In this document: piece after piece, positions 7,592 to 17,534 of the stretch
Layout: each line of letters starts with the position of its first letter
Position numbering within the stretch: position 1 is the first letter of the stretch
Virus record (IMG/VR): IMGVR_UViG_3300044627_003499
Location: 1 to 64,000 of that record
DNA from: a virus
Reading direction: 5' to 3' (one strand)
DNA length: 64,000 nucleotides
Notes under the pieces: model-generated
The model's input: the letters and a program-made list of their open reading frames with translations, nothing else
Told to the model about the DNA's origin: nothing
The model's database searches: none
Made by a program: the position numbers and the translations under genes

Positions 7592-8446
7592 ATGGTTGCT
7601 AAGATAGATTTATCGGATCCTTGGATTAAGGTCCAGGATAAGCAACCGGATCTCATGCGGAACCTAAACAGGGCCGCAACCAGAATTACGCTTAACGGCA
7701 AAAGGCATTACACCACGCCGTTACCCACTGGCCCAGCCCCGTCTGTAACTACAATCATATCTGAGACTGCTTCCGAAGCAAACAAACGGAAGCTCGAAAT
7801 GTGGTCAAAAAATAATCCAGGTGTTAAGGAGGCCGCTGCTGAAAGGGGGACTGCCATCCACTATGGTATGGAGCAGTACCTAAAAGGGAACAAAACCCCG
7901 GAGATCGCTGATGAGTACCAAGACTTTTGGCAAGGTATGCCGTCAATTCTGGATCAGTTTGACGAAGTCTTATGGGCAGAGACGCCTGTGGTTGATCGGT
8001 TTAAATTCACTATTGGCGCTGATGACGTTGCTCGCGTTTGGGGTTGCGATCCTGACGGGCGAGCTTGGGCTGGTGCTCCCGACATTATCGGTGTGGTTAA
8101 TAACAAGCTTACTCTCGCTGATTTGAAGACCAGCGTCAAACCCTACAGTCGCAAGTGGCCTAAAGACCTGGAGAAAGGGTCGCCTGAATGGCGTGATCTC
8201 TTGGGTGGTCATATGAAATTTAAAAAAACTTTGAAGCAGCTCGCAGCTTACGACTTGGCTATTGCCCAGACGCTTGGCATCAAGGTCCAGCAGGCTGCCA
8301 TCTTGGTATCAACACCGGTGCGTACACAAGTCTTTAAGATCTCTAGGAATTTTCTTAATGCTTTGCATGCGGATTGGCACAAACTGGTTGAAGAGTATTA
8401 CACGCAAATGAAAGAGTATGGTCAGCAGGACCAGGATCTTGTCTGA
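7592..8446 (+). CDS. PD-(D/E)XK exonuclease (Cas4/MGME1-like)
   Basis: PSVTTII, RGTAIH, AGAPD...LADLKTS, QLAAY motifs. Confidence 0.8.
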   Translation: MVAKIDLSDPWIKVQDKQPDLMRNLNRAATRITLNGKRHYTTPLPTGPAPSVTTIISETASEANKRKLEMWSKNNPGVKEAAAERGTAIHYGMEQYLKGNKTPEIADEYQDFWQGMPSILDQFDEVLWAETPVVDRFKFTIGADDVARVWGCDPDGRAWAGAPDIIGVVNNKLTLADLKTSVKPYSRKWPKDLEKGSPEWRDLLGGHMKFKKTLKQLAAYDLAIAQTLGIKVQQAAILVSTPVRTQVFKISRNFLNALHADWHKLVEEYYTQMKEYGQQDQDLV

Positions 8447-8545
8447 GATATAAGTGGGTCTAATGAGTCTCAAAACTCTGGGAAGTCGTAAGGTTGTCCT
8501 TGGATTGGTGGCTCTAGGATAAGTAAACAACCAAGCAACCCTCCG

Positions 8546-8731
8546 ATGGAAATCTACGTTTCCGTTGGTGAGTGGATGAATAGTCTTCAGAATCGCATGA
8601 ATAGTGCGATGGATGGGGACTGTTTTTATCTGCCCACCACCATGCATCTTCATGCTTTTTTCTTGGTGAAGGACCAGGCATTTGCCAATAAAGACTTTAA
8701 AGTGGAACTCATGCCATCAGTTAACGAATGA
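8546..8731 (+). CDS. Hypothetical protein
   Basis: 61 aa; ATGA overlap with the primase start. Confidence 0.55.
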   Translation: MEIYVSVGEWMNSLQNRMNSAMDGDCFYLPTTMHLHAFFLVKDQAFANKDFKVELMPSVNE

Positions 8732-11358
8732 CTAATACTTCTCAGCTCTCGCTCCGGCCCGGCGAAATTCGTTTTGATTACATCCCAGCGGATTGGCCAC
8801 TCACTCCGCTTGGTGCCAATAAGGATCCGTATGTTGCTGGATGGCAGAACAAACCGTTTAGTGTCAAGGAAATTGAAAATGAATTGACAAGCGGGAAGTG
8901 TAAGGCTATCGGCCTGCTCGGTGGTCCTGTTTACAACCATCCGTACGGTTTCATCTGGATTGACATTGATGGCCCATCGGTGTACCAGCTGGTGGAAGAG
9001 TTGGCTGATGCACCTTTCATTGAGGTGATGCCGCCCACGCTGACAATTTTCAGTGGGAAGGAAGGTAGGGAGCGTAGGTTATACCGGGTTAGTCGTGAGA
9101 AACATAAGCACATCGTTCGGAATAAGTACACGTGGCACGCAGCAGTAGACAAAGAGAAGCTTGAGATTCTGTGGAAGCGGCACCAGGGTGTGTTAATGGG
9201 GTTACATCCGGAAACGGATGGGTACTACACAGCTCCAGGCCTTGGGTTTGAGTGGGCAAAGTCTGTGCCTGAAGTGCCGGACTTCTTGTTGAATGCCATC
9301 ATCAACAAAAATGTCAAGCAAGGTATTCCGGCAAAGGAAACAACGCGTGTTATCGGTCCAGGGTTTGCGATCAACAGTGTTGTGGACCTTGACCGGGATA
9401 TGAAGCTTGCCGCAGAGGCAATGTGGGGTATGCCTCCAGAGGCGGCGGATGACTATGACATCTGGATTACGGTCGGTCAATCACTCCATAATCTCGATGA
9501 ATCACTCCTTGATCAGTGGGAAGAATGGTCCAAGCAGTCGGACAAGTATAGGGAGGGGGAGTGTCACCGGCGGTGGCTGTCGTTTACTCGTGGCTCCGGT
9601 CGCAGCATTGGCTCACTGATTCACGTTGCTCGTGAGCAAGGGTGGCAGCCGTCCCAGGAGTATAGGGGGCTGAGTGTTGATGATGCGACATTAGAGCACG
9701 CTTCAAAATTATTGGCTGAAATTGATCTGGAAGAATCTCAAATGACTCCCGTAATCGCTCCATGTGCTGCATCCGATGCCACTCAGACAAATCAATGGCA
9801 GTCGCAGGAGCTGGACACAAAAAACATGAAGTCAAAAGAAGAGAAGAAAACGTCAAAGAACCCGTCATCCAGCCAAATCGTAGATCATTTGCGCTCAACA
9901 TATAACGGAGATCTGCGCTTTAGTCAAGCCCACGGTCAATTCTTTATTTATGCTAAAGAAAGTGATGGGCTTTGGTCGCCTCTCACAAAGATCGAAATGA
10001 TGGGTGACATTCGGGAAAAACTGCAAGTACTGCACCTTCCCGGTGGATTCACTTCTAATTTAATGAATGACATCTACCTGCAGCTCCAGGCGGTGTTGGT
10101 GTTTGATGATTGGTATGACGGTTCCAACTACCTGTTGTTTACTAATGGGGTGCTGGATATTGAGAAGAAGGAGTTGCTTCCGTTCAATCGGGGGATGCAT
10201 CTGACCCAGCAAATGCCTTATCGGTATGATCCAGCGGCTGGGTGTGAAGACATCATTAAGTGGCTGAAGCATGTGCAGCACGGTAGCTGGGAACGTGTTC
10301 AGGTGTTACGTGCATGGTTGCGTGCCACGCTATTAGGGCGTTATGAGATCCAGAAGTTTGTGGAGATTGTTGGCCCTGGTAAGTCCGGTAAGTCGACCTA
10401 TGCAAACCTGGCTGTGGCATTGGTTGGTAAGCAGAATACCTACTCAACAGACTTTGAGAATCTGGAGAAGAATAGGTTTGAAGCTGCAAGCTACATGGGC
10501 AAGAAGCTTCTGCTGTTCCAGGATGCGGATAGGTGGGGTGGATCGGTATCGAAGTTGAAGGCAATTACCGGTAATGATTGGATCCGTAGTGAACGCAAGT
10601 ATCAAAGCGAAAGTCAGGATCCGTTTCAGTATCATGGAGTTGTGATGATTACAGCCAATGAAGCTATTCAATCAACTGATTACACTTCTGGCCTTGCGCG
10701 TCGCCGCCTTACTATTCCGTTCGACCGTCCGTTTGAGGGCGGTCAGGCAGAACAAAAAGAACTGATTAAGTTCGATTCCAAGGGTGTACCCCAGGGTGTG
10801 TTCGCTCCCTTGCTACCAGGGTTGGTGAACTGGTTGTTGGATATGACTGAGGATGACATGCGTGCTTGCCTCATGGAAACCGGTAAGAAGATTGATTTCT
10901 TCCGTAAGTATGAGAAGCAGCAAAGCCTGCGGTCGAATCCACTGTTGGATTGGATGGATCACAAGTTGGTGTTCCAGCCGAATGTGATGACGCACGTTGG
11001 TTTCTGTCAGCAGAATCCGAATGGAACTGGTGGCTATTACAAGGACAATACGCGTTGGTTGTATGCCAGCTATGCGGAGTTCTGTCGTAATTGCAACGTG
11101 GGCATCATGTCACGCGGCAGGTTTGAGCCTTTGTTCTTGGATATTTGCAGGCATCAGCTCAAACTGAACGTCTACTCCAAGAAAGCAGCGTCTGGTATGC
11201 AGGTCTTTAACATTGCCATCAAGGAGTCAAATATTGACAGGTACTTACAGCTGCCTTCGGTTGTGGAATTTGCAGCAAACCCTGACCGTTATAAGGATCA
11301 ATACCCTGAGCTTTTTGTGCCTACTGGTGAGACAATAGAGAATGATGCAACAATGTAG
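8728..11358 (+). CDS. Primase-helicase (Prim-Pol, PriCT-2, D5-like SF3 helicase)
   Basis: WPLTPL, IDID catalytic motif, YDIWITVG..L...WEEWS (PriCT-2), FTNGVLD (D5_N), Walker A GPGKSGKS, LKAITGND. Confidence 0.9.
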   Translation: MTNTSQLSLRPGEIRFDYIPADWPLTPLGANKDPYVAGWQNKPFSVKEIENELTSGKCKAIGLLGGPVYNHPYGFIWIDIDGPSVYQLVEELADAPFIEVMPPTLTIFSGKEGRERRLYRVSREKHKHIVRNKYTWHAAVDKEKLEILWKRHQGVLMGLHPETDGYYTAPGLGFEWAKSVPEVPDFLLNAIINKNVKQGIPAKETTRVIGPGFAINSVVDLDRDMKLAAEAMWGMPPEAADDYDIWITVGQSLHNLDESLLDQWEEWSKQSDKYREGECHRRWLSFTRGSGRSIGSLIHVAREQGWQPSQEYRGLSVDDATLEHASKLLAEIDLEESQMTPVIAPCAASDATQTNQWQSQELDTKNMKSKEEKKTSKNPSSSQIVDHLRSTYNGDLRFSQAHGQFFIYAKESDGLWSPLTKIEMMGDIREKLQVLHLPGGFTSNLMNDIYLQLQAVLVFDDWYDGSNYLLFTNGVLDIEKKELLPFNRGMHLTQQMPYRYDPAAGCEDIIKWLKHVQHGSWERVQVLRAWLRATLLGRYEIQKFVEIVGPGKSGKSTYANLAVALVGKQNTYSTDFENLEKNRFEAASYMGKKLLLFQDADRWGGSVSKLKAITGNDWIRSERKYQSESQDPFQYHGVVMITANEAIQSTDYTSGLARRRLTIPFDRPFEGGQAEQKELIKFDSKGVPQGVFAPLLPGLVNWLLDMTEDDMRACLMETGKKIDFFRKYEKQQSLRSNPLLDWMDHKLVFQPNVMTHVGFCQQNPNGTGGYYKDNTRWLYASYAEFCRNCNVGIMSRGRFEPLFLDICRHQLKLNVYSKKAASGMQVFNIAIKESNIDRYLQLPSVVEFAANPDRYKDQYPELFVPTGETIENDATM

Positions 11359-11711
11359 TGGGAAATGGCCGGCATCTGATACTGGATCTATACGATTGTG
11401 ATCCAGAGGTTTTGGATGATTACCAGGAGCTTCAACGATTGCTTGAGGCTTCTTTGGTAATGGCCAAAGCAACTATCCTGCGCATTATTGGCGAGAAGTT
11501 TAAGCCGCAAGGTGTCACACTATTGGCACTGCTGGCTGAATCCCACGCATCCATTCATTCGTGGCCTGAGATTGGGTATTGTGCAATCGATCTTTACACT
11601 TGTGGCGATACCACGCAGACGCATCGGGCAGCAGAATTCCTCAAGAAGAAGTTGAAGGCTAAAACTGTAGAGCAAAAAGAGTTGGTACGGTCGACTACTC
11701 CGTTGAATTGA
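11358..11711 (+). CDS. speD: S-adenosylmethionine decarboxylase
   Basis: GRHLILDLYDC, F.PQGVT, LAESHASIHSWPE..Y.AIDLYTCG. Confidence 0.92.
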   Translation: MGNGRHLILDLYDCDPEVLDDYQELQRLLEASLVMAKATILRIIGEKFKPQGVTLLALLAESHASIHSWPEIGYCAIDLYTCGDTTQTHRAAEFLKKKLKAKTVEQKELVRSTTPLN

Positions 11712-11740
11712 GTATAGTAAAACGAGATAATTCGTCTTAA

Positions 11741-13003
11741 ATGACTAAAAAAACTAAGATCCTTTGGGTTGCTGACTTTGCAGCAATGACTGGTTTCGGC
11801 CGTGTCAGTGGTGCGGTACTACCGCGACTGAAGGATGACTTTGAAATTGTGGTGCTCGCATGTAATTGGCATGGGGATCCAACGGATGAACAGAAAGATT
11901 TCAAGATGTATCCTGCGTCCAACCGATTCCAGCAGGCGCCCTTTGGTGAGGATCGCATTCGGGAGATTGTTGAGAAGGAACAGCCGGATATTGTGTTCAG
12001 CTTGAATGATCCTTGGATTGTTAGTGAACAGTACAGGCGTATTCAAGATCTGCACCAGCAGAAGAAGTTTAAGTTCTGTGGCTACCTCACGATGGATAGC
12101 TACAACTGGATTGGTGGCATCGATGCACACATCAATGAATGGGATGCGTTGATTGCATTTACGGAATTTGGTGCATACGAATTCTTTAAGGCGGGTATCA
12201 CCAAGCCGGTCACTGTAATTCCGCATGGGTTGGATACGGATCTCTTTTATCCCATGGATAAGAAGGAGGCACGCAAGAAGCTGGGGCTGTCGGATGACAT
12301 CTTCATCTGCCTGAATGCCAACAGGAATCAGTTCCGCAAACGGATGGACATTACGATTACAGCCTTTGCCAAGTTCGCAGTTGGTCGCCCGGATACGCAA
12401 CTTTATATGCACTGCGGTACCAAGGATCAGGGGTGGGATATCATGCCGCTCTTCGGGCGGGAGATGAGTAAGAACGGACTTGATCCAAACGGTCGCATCA
12501 TCATGACCAATAACAACCAGGGGCCGCCGAACGTTTCGGTGGAGTTCCTGAATTGCATCTATAACGCGGCTGATATTGGGATCAATACCACCAAGGGGGG
12601 TGGCTGGGAGCTAGTCAACTTTGAGAATGCTGCCTGCCGTGTGGCGCAAGTGGTGCCGGATCACACGAGCACCAAGGAGATTTTTGAGGGTTATGCCCCA
12701 CTGATTCGTTGTGACCACGTGGATGTAGACACCAACATGGCACGGGAGATGCCCTGCCCCTCCGACCAACACCTGGCAGACATCCTTGCCAACCTCTACG
12801 ACGATCGGGAGTACCTGAACAGTGTGGCCGATGCCTGCTACAAGCGGGTGACGGATCCTCAATTCAGTTGGGACTCAGTTGCGTCTCAGTTTGGCGGAGT
12901 GTTCCAGGAGGTGATGGAGGGTGGTGAGCCGGAAGTGGAAGAGAAACCAAAGAAGAAAAAGAAGGAAAAGCGGGTGAAACGGACGGTTGGGGCTGCGGCG
13001 TGA
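11741..13003 (+). CDS. GT-B (GT4-like) glycosyltransferase
   Basis: TGFGRV, IPHGLD..FYP, NRNQFRKR, YNAADI...GGGWEL..FE.AAC. Confidence 0.85.
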   Translation: MTKKTKILWVADFAAMTGFGRVSGAVLPRLKDDFEIVVLACNWHGDPTDEQKDFKMYPASNRFQQAPFGEDRIREIVEKEQPDIVFSLNDPWIVSEQYRRIQDLHQQKKFKFCGYLTMDSYNWIGGIDAHINEWDALIAFTEFGAYEFFKAGITKPVTVIPHGLDTDLFYPMDKKEARKKLGLSDDIFICLNANRNQFRKRMDITITAFAKFAVGRPDTQLYMHCGTKDQGWDIMPLFGREMSKNGLDPNGRIIMTNNNQGPPNVSVEFLNCIYNAADIGINTTKGGGWELVNFENAACRVAQVVPDHTSTKEIFEGYAPLIRCDHVDVDTNMAREMPCPSDQHLADILANLYDDREYLNSVADACYKRVTDPQFSWDSVASQFGGVFQEVMEGGEPEVEEKPKKKKKEKRVKRTVGAAA

Positions 13004-13053
13004 GACTGGTCTCATGTGAGATGACTGAGGCTTGATTGGTGCCAAGGTGATGG

Positions 13054-13078
13054 ATCCCCTGGAAACAGGGGATTTTTT
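13054..13078 (+). terminator. Intrinsic terminator
   Basis: ATCCCCTG-GAAA-CAGGGGAT followed by TTTTT. Confidence 0.8.
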
Positions 13079-13157
13079 GTAGCAAGGTGTACGCATTGAG
13101 GAGGTGGAGTACGGGTAAAATCCGATAAAACCCCCTTCCTATCTTTACGTGACGCAC

Positions 13158-13301
13158 ATGACACTTTCAGTAAAGTGTCATTATTTGAGTCATGGTGAGA
13201 CGGGAGTGAGACGGTGGGATTGGTGGGTTGTGCTTAGTGTCTCAAGTACAATCTCACTTGAGAATCCTTGACAAATAATGACACTTTCGGCAAAGTGTCA
13301 T
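13158..13301. repeat. Pair of 24-bp palindromes ATGACACTTT-N4-AAAGTGTCAT (13158-13181, 13278-13301)
   Basis: Read directly; identical arms, 120 bp apart, in a non-coding gap. Confidence 0.85.
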
Positions 13302-13342
13302 TTGGATCTAATAAAGATAAACAGGGGGTTTTATCGGGTTCT

Positions 13343-13678
13343 ATGGCTAGACCAGGCGCACCACTGCCACCTCTCTGGTACTTGGAGTCCCAGCTTCGGT
13401 TGTCGGCTCAGTACCCATCTGGCCTGGAATGGGCCTGTACAACGGGCTGGCACGCTAAAGGAGACATGGCCGGGAAATACGTCCCATCCACCCGCTACTA
13501 CGTGGTGAGGCTGGGGGGAGGGCAGTACCAGGCCCACAGGCTTGTCTACTTCCTGCGCACCGGCCAGGACCCCCTGGAGTCCTCTGTCATTCACGTCGCA
13601 TCTGATCGTGACAACCGCAAGGAACTGATCCTTCGTTCCAGATCCCTTACCACCAATCTCATATTGGACTCAAACTGA
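13343..13678 (+). CDS. Degenerate HNH-like protein
   Basis: G..AG....RYYVVRL....YQAHRLVYFL.TG.DP resembles the HNH_3 N-terminal part; catalytic region eroded. Confidence 0.5.
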   Translation: MARPGAPLPPLWYLESQLRLSAQYPSGLEWACTTGWHAKGDMAGKYVPSTRYYVVRLGGGQYQAHRLVYFLRTGQDPLESSVIHVASDRDNRKELILRSRSLTTNLILDSN

Positions 13679-13679
13679 C

Positions 13680-14351
13680 ATGGCTAATTTGATCGCTCAA
13701 GTTTCCGAACTCAACGCTCGGCTCAACATTCGTTATTTGCGAAATGCAAATCAATGTGACGACAAAACCCTCGATGAGTACGGCTACTACCGGGGCTATG
13801 TGTGTCCGCACAACCACGACATACGTGACCAGGAAAACCACTGGTGTTACTACTGTGTCCAGAAAATCTGGAAGAACGTCTGTGGTTTTGACATCAACTA
13901 CCTGGATCCCAACTACAAACACAAATATGCTGCGATCTGGAACCGAATCAATGTCACAACCATGGATGAGTGCTGGCACATACGTGGCAATTCCAAACGT
14001 GCATGCCTTCCTTCTTACCGCTCTCACTACGCCAAGCAATCATCTGAATACGTTTCGCTCCATAAAGCTGTCTACCAGTGCGCATGGGGAGATGTTGGTA
14101 AGTTTTTTGTGACTCGCGTGTGTGGTAATCCGGAATGTTTTAATCCTGTCCACATGCTTTCCAGCTGGAACAGGGACTATCCTCCTGGCCGCATTCACCC
14201 ACTCGTCTTGGAATTTGAGCCAAGTAAATTGATGTGCTATGCCAGGGCGCGGAAGAAAGTGCAGGCTGACGCTCTGGCTGCCACGCAGTATAAACAAACG
14301 ATTACCAATCCACGGGAAGCAGGACCACCACCTGAATACGATGAGGGTTGA
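13680..14351 (+). CDS. Cys/His-rich protein with HNH-like zinc-binding loop
   Basis: DECW...HKAVY...G.....VTRVCGNPECFNPVHM. Confidence 0.55.
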   Translation: MANLIAQVSELNARLNIRYLRNANQCDDKTLDEYGYYRGYVCPHNHDIRDQENHWCYYCVQKIWKNVCGFDINYLDPNYKHKYAAIWNRINVTTMDECWHIRGNSKRACLPSYRSHYAKQSSEYVSLHKAVYQCAWGDVGKFFVTRVCGNPECFNPVHMLSSWNRDYPPGRIHPLVLEFEPSKLMCYARARKKVQADALAATQYKQTITNPREAGPPPEYDEG

Positions 14352-14393
14352 ATTGAGCGCACTTACAATAAGGAAAAGGAATTATATCAAATA

Positions 14394-15338
14394 ATGTCGC
14401 GCAACCCGGCTATCGCCCAAGCCAATCGCAGTAAATCAAATCCATTGGTACTTGGTACCTTTAGTACAACCTCGCTGCGCTATCTAAAGGGTAAGCTGGG
14501 CCCGCAAAATAAAGTCATTGGCTATAAGGATACCAACCAAACGTCAAACGGTGGCTTCGGCGGCGGCACCTACAATCATTGGTTTCAAATTAATCTTGTA
14601 ATCCCTGGTTGGATTGTTGTTACCAAAGGGCCACCGCGTCCAAACTACATTCAAGTTTCTGCGTACGACTTAGATTCAATTCCAATCCAAGGACGTGGAG
14701 TTTTTGATGATGACTCTGTGTCAATCATCAGTGACAACGAAATCTCACATCCGTACCTTGGTACGGTTATGGGCGCACAATCGAATTTATACAACTTCTT
14801 CTCAAGGTTTCGCGTTGACCGTGGCGACGATCGCTACTACGCGCTGGAAGCTGGTGCATACTTAATTTGTGTTTCGACTACTCGCAATGAACCACTTGAT
14901 TACGAGCTTGGACTTGTTGTTGAGTTTCCTCCAACCGAAATGTTTATCTCCCTGGAGGATGAGGGTGATATTGTTTACCTGCTCCAGGAGACCTCAATTG
15001 ATTTCAGCCGTACAATCAATGTCATTTCTCCTGTTTCTGTTAACACTGTCATTTCCAGCAGCGTACAACAACCAAATGGATTTACCGAACTACTCTGCGC
15101 TATTAACTCAGGCATTACCGTTACCGTGCTCGATGGTTCCACTTGGTTTATTGGTGACCAGATTCCATCTGAACAAGGTGATCAATATTGGGTAAGCGTT
15201 GACACTGCAGACGACGAAGCCTATTTTCTTGCCATTCACGATCACTCTCTGTCAGAATGGCAGCAAGCATGGGAGTCTGAGCACCAGGACACGGACAAGT
15301 TCCCTGATATCTTTATCCCTCTCACTAACAGACCATGA
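14394..15338 (+). CDS. Hypothetical protein
   Basis: 314 aa ORF with TACAAT and purine-rich leader upstream. Confidence 0.6.
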   Translation: MSRNPAIAQANRSKSNPLVLGTFSTTSLRYLKGKLGPQNKVIGYKDTNQTSNGGFGGGTYNHWFQINLVIPGWIVVTKGPPRPNYIQVSAYDLDSIPIQGRGVFDDDSVSIISDNEISHPYLGTVMGAQSNLYNFFSRFRVDRGDDRYYALEAGAYLICVSTTRNEPLDYELGLVVEFPPTEMFISLEDEGDIVYLLQETSIDFSRTINVISPVSVNTVISSSVQQPNGFTELLCAINSGITVTVLDGSTWFIGDQIPSEQGDQYWVSVDTADDEAYFLAIHDHSLSEWQQAWESEHQDTDKFPDIFIPLTNRP

Positions 15339-15472
15339 TTTACCGATTGCTTTCGTTTTGGTCTCGTCTTACAAAACAAAGGCCAACCAAAACAAAAACT
15401 CAGGAACATCGTTGGTATCAGTACTGCCAGGAAAATCCACACGCTAGTTGCTGCAAAATGTATGACGTATGA
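15335..15472 (+). CDS. CP12-C-terminus-like mini-protein
   Basis: Manual translation (45 aa) ends YCQENPHASCCKMYDV, i.e. C-x8-C-x2-YD as in CP12; ATGA-coupled to the upstream gene. Confidence 0.55.
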   Translation: MIYRLLSFWSRLTKQRPTKTKTQEHRWYQYCQENPHASCCKMYDV

Positions 15473-15908
15473 AGCTAAACGCTTTAGACGCCGCAAAAAA
15501 ACAACAACGTATCAACTGAAAAACGGGTACATCTTTAAGATGCGCCTGATGCCGTGGCTAAGGACGGATGCTGGTTGCATTTGGCTGGCCAGCTTGGCAG
15601 TCGGCAAATCAAAACGTCAACTTAATGACTGGCTCAATAGACGCAACAAAAAGTCGGTGCGTTCCTTGTCAGCATCTTTGACGGGCCAAGAAGGAAACAA
15701 GATACAAGCTTTAGCTATCCGCCAAGTTCGTCATTGGGTAACTGATTTACCGCCTGGTGATTCTTTGTGTTTAAGGTGTGAGTCTGCAGTACCAGACAAA
15801 CAATTTAATGTGTGGCGACGTTGGTTTGAAACGCATGAAGATCCAAGGTGGAGAATAAATCCAGATCTTAAATCTTTCTATATTTACAGGCCTAGCACTT
15901 TAGAATAA
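15462..15908 (+). CDS. Hypothetical basic protein
   Basis: 148 aa ORF in operon context. Confidence 0.55.
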   Translation: MTYEAKRFRRRKKTTTYQLKNGYIFKMRLMPWLRTDAGCIWLASLAVGKSKRQLNDWLNRRNKKSVRSLSASLTGQEGNKIQALAIRQVRHWVTDLPPGDSLCLRCESAVPDKQFNVWRRWFETHEDPRWRINPDLKSFYIYRPSTLE

Positions 15909-15925
15909 GGAAAAAGGTATTGATC

Positions 15926-16090
15926 ATGTCCCAATTTCAGCGTTACCTGGAAATCTTGTTTGCTTTCCACGCTTTTTGTTCGTTAGTTTGTGCGCTGACT
16001 CCGACGCGCAAAGACGACACATTTATTGGTTATCTCTATCGTTTCCTTGAAGCCGGTGCTCTGTTGGTTGGTCGCGCCAAAGATCGCTGA
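15926..16090 (+). CDS. Small membrane protein (holin-like)
   Basis: MSQFQRYLEILFAFHAFCSLVCALTPTRKDD...; hydrophobic stretch then TPT..DD; near the endolysin. Confidence 0.45.
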   Translation: MSQFQRYLEILFAFHAFCSLVCALTPTRKDDTFIGYLYRFLEAGALLVGRAKDR

Positions 16091-16258
16091 TCAATCGGGC
16101 AACGCTTGAAACCACCAGGTGCATCCGCCCTGTTTCTCTACCCAATCCCGTGTTGCATACGCCGCCTCTTTCGAGAGTGTGGCGCATTTTTTTTCATCCC
16201 CAACTTGCCAACACATATTGACACGTATGTGTGGATCTTTGTTTTTTACTTTAGCCAT
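16091..16258 (-). CDS. Small hypothetical protein
   Basis: MAKVKNKDPHIRVNMCW...WFQALPD; ATG overlaps the endolysin TGA. Confidence 0.5.
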   Translation of the reverse strand: MAKVKNKDPHIRVNMCWQVGDEKKCATLSKEAAYATRDWVEKQGGCTWWFQALPD

Positions 16259-17265
16259 CAGTAGTCCCAGCGAATTCGTGCTTTACTTTCCCTCAGCCCA
16301 AGATGAACAAATCCCTTTTTGGCACCGTAACCAACTGAGTACGGCCAATTTTTGTCACACCAGTCTTGCAGTGTGTAGACACTGACGCCATCAATGTAAA
16401 AGTCAACGGCACCTTTGGAGGGTGTGTCGTAGGTGTGCTCACTGTTTCTTGCACCACCAACTTGTGAATTAATTGGTTCCGGTCGTGAACCACTAGTAAT
16501 TACCAACGGCTTGTTTCCAAATGCAGCACGTGCTTTTTCTAAGAACTTACACAGTTCCAAAGCTGTCTCACACTGATACTGCTTGGTAAAACGACGAGCT
16601 TCTTGATTCAAAGTCAATTCACCGTAGGTGATGTGTTCCGTGACTTTGGTTGTGAATGGGCTCCAGGGTTGAAATTTAGCTGGCGTTTCAGGCTTTATTG
16701 CTGGCGCTGCGGGTTTATCTTGTTTGGATAAAATGCCAATCAGTTTTGTTGCGTAGTTTGGATCAGTTGCATACCCTTCGGTAACCAAAAGCCTGGCGCA
16801 CTCTTCAGCACTTTTGGCACGATTAACACCTTTGTAACGACCAAAGTCTTTGTACCAGCGCTCGACTAAGTAGCAAACACAGGTGTAAAGGTCGGGAAAA
16901 TCAATGAATCCGGCTTTGATCGTGACCCATTTACCGTTAAGAAATTCTTGGGTGTTGACGTTGGACCCACTTCCCTTTAATCCAAAGTAGTTGTGAGTAC
17001 CTGATGTGTGTTTGCCCCAGCCTGATTCCAGTGCCCACTGAGCTGCAACAACTTCCGGATATTTACTGCCCGCTGCTTTTGCTGCTGCAAATACATTGTC
17101 CCAGGTGTTGTCAAAACTCTGGGGCGGTGTTGGTTTTTTTCGGTACATAGACGCAAAAGTCTCCAGGACCGAGGAGGAAACCTGATCCTGGAGCCAGTTA
17201 AATGCGTCAACTTGATGTGGCAGTCCTTTGAAAAACTCGGCTGCCTCGACAAATTTTATCGACAT
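16258..17265 (-). CDS. Two-domain endolysin (GH73 glucosaminidase + peptidase M15)
   Basis: AQWALESGWG, NYFGLKG, GYATDPNY; then ITSGSR...VGGARNSEH...AVD...FVHLG. Confidence 0.85.
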   Translation of the reverse strand: MSIKFVEAAEFFKGLPHQVDAFNWLQDQVSSSVLETFASMYRKKPTPPQSFDNTWDNVFAAAKAAGSKYPEVVAAQWALESGWGKHTSGTHNYFGLKGSGSNVNTQEFLNGKWVTIKAGFIDFPDLYTCVCYLVERWYKDFGRYKGVNRAKSAEECARLLVTEGYATDPNYATKLIGILSKQDKPAAPAIKPETPAKFQPWSPFTTKVTEHITYGELTLNQEARRFTKQYQCETALELCKFLEKARAAFGNKPLVITSGSRPEPINSQVGGARNSEHTYDTPSKGAVDFYIDGVSVYTLQDWCDKNWPYSVGYGAKKGFVHLGLRESKARIRWDY

Positions 17266-17306
17266 CGACCTAAAGCTTTTTACTAACTTTAGATCAGGTG
17301 TGCCAA

Positions 17307-17498
17307 TTACTCAGCAGTTTCTTCTGCCACAACTTCGGGAGTAATGGCTTCTTCTTCCGATTCCGGTTCAAACTCCAAAGTATCAACCAGTTTGCCAATG
17401 AGTTCAACGGCAAACGCAATAAGGTTGCCGTCACCTGTGGCACGTGCAGAACCAAAGGAGTTGATGGCGGAAACCAGTTGAGACTTTTTGCAGGCCAT
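17307..17498 (-). CDS. Hypothetical protein
   Basis: 63 aa ORF co-oriented in the tail/lysis cluster. Confidence 0.55.
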   Translation of the reverse strand: MACKKSQLVSAINSFGSARATGDGNLIAFAVELIGKLVDTLEFEPESEEEAITPEVVAEETAE

Positions 17499-17534
17499 GT
17501 CAGTCAGTTAGCTTACGTAAAGTATAGCAAATAA

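Noticed and set aside
7592-8446. Cas4 implying a CRISPR-Cas system
   Set aside because: No Fe-S cysteine cluster, cas genes or array; the context is phage replication
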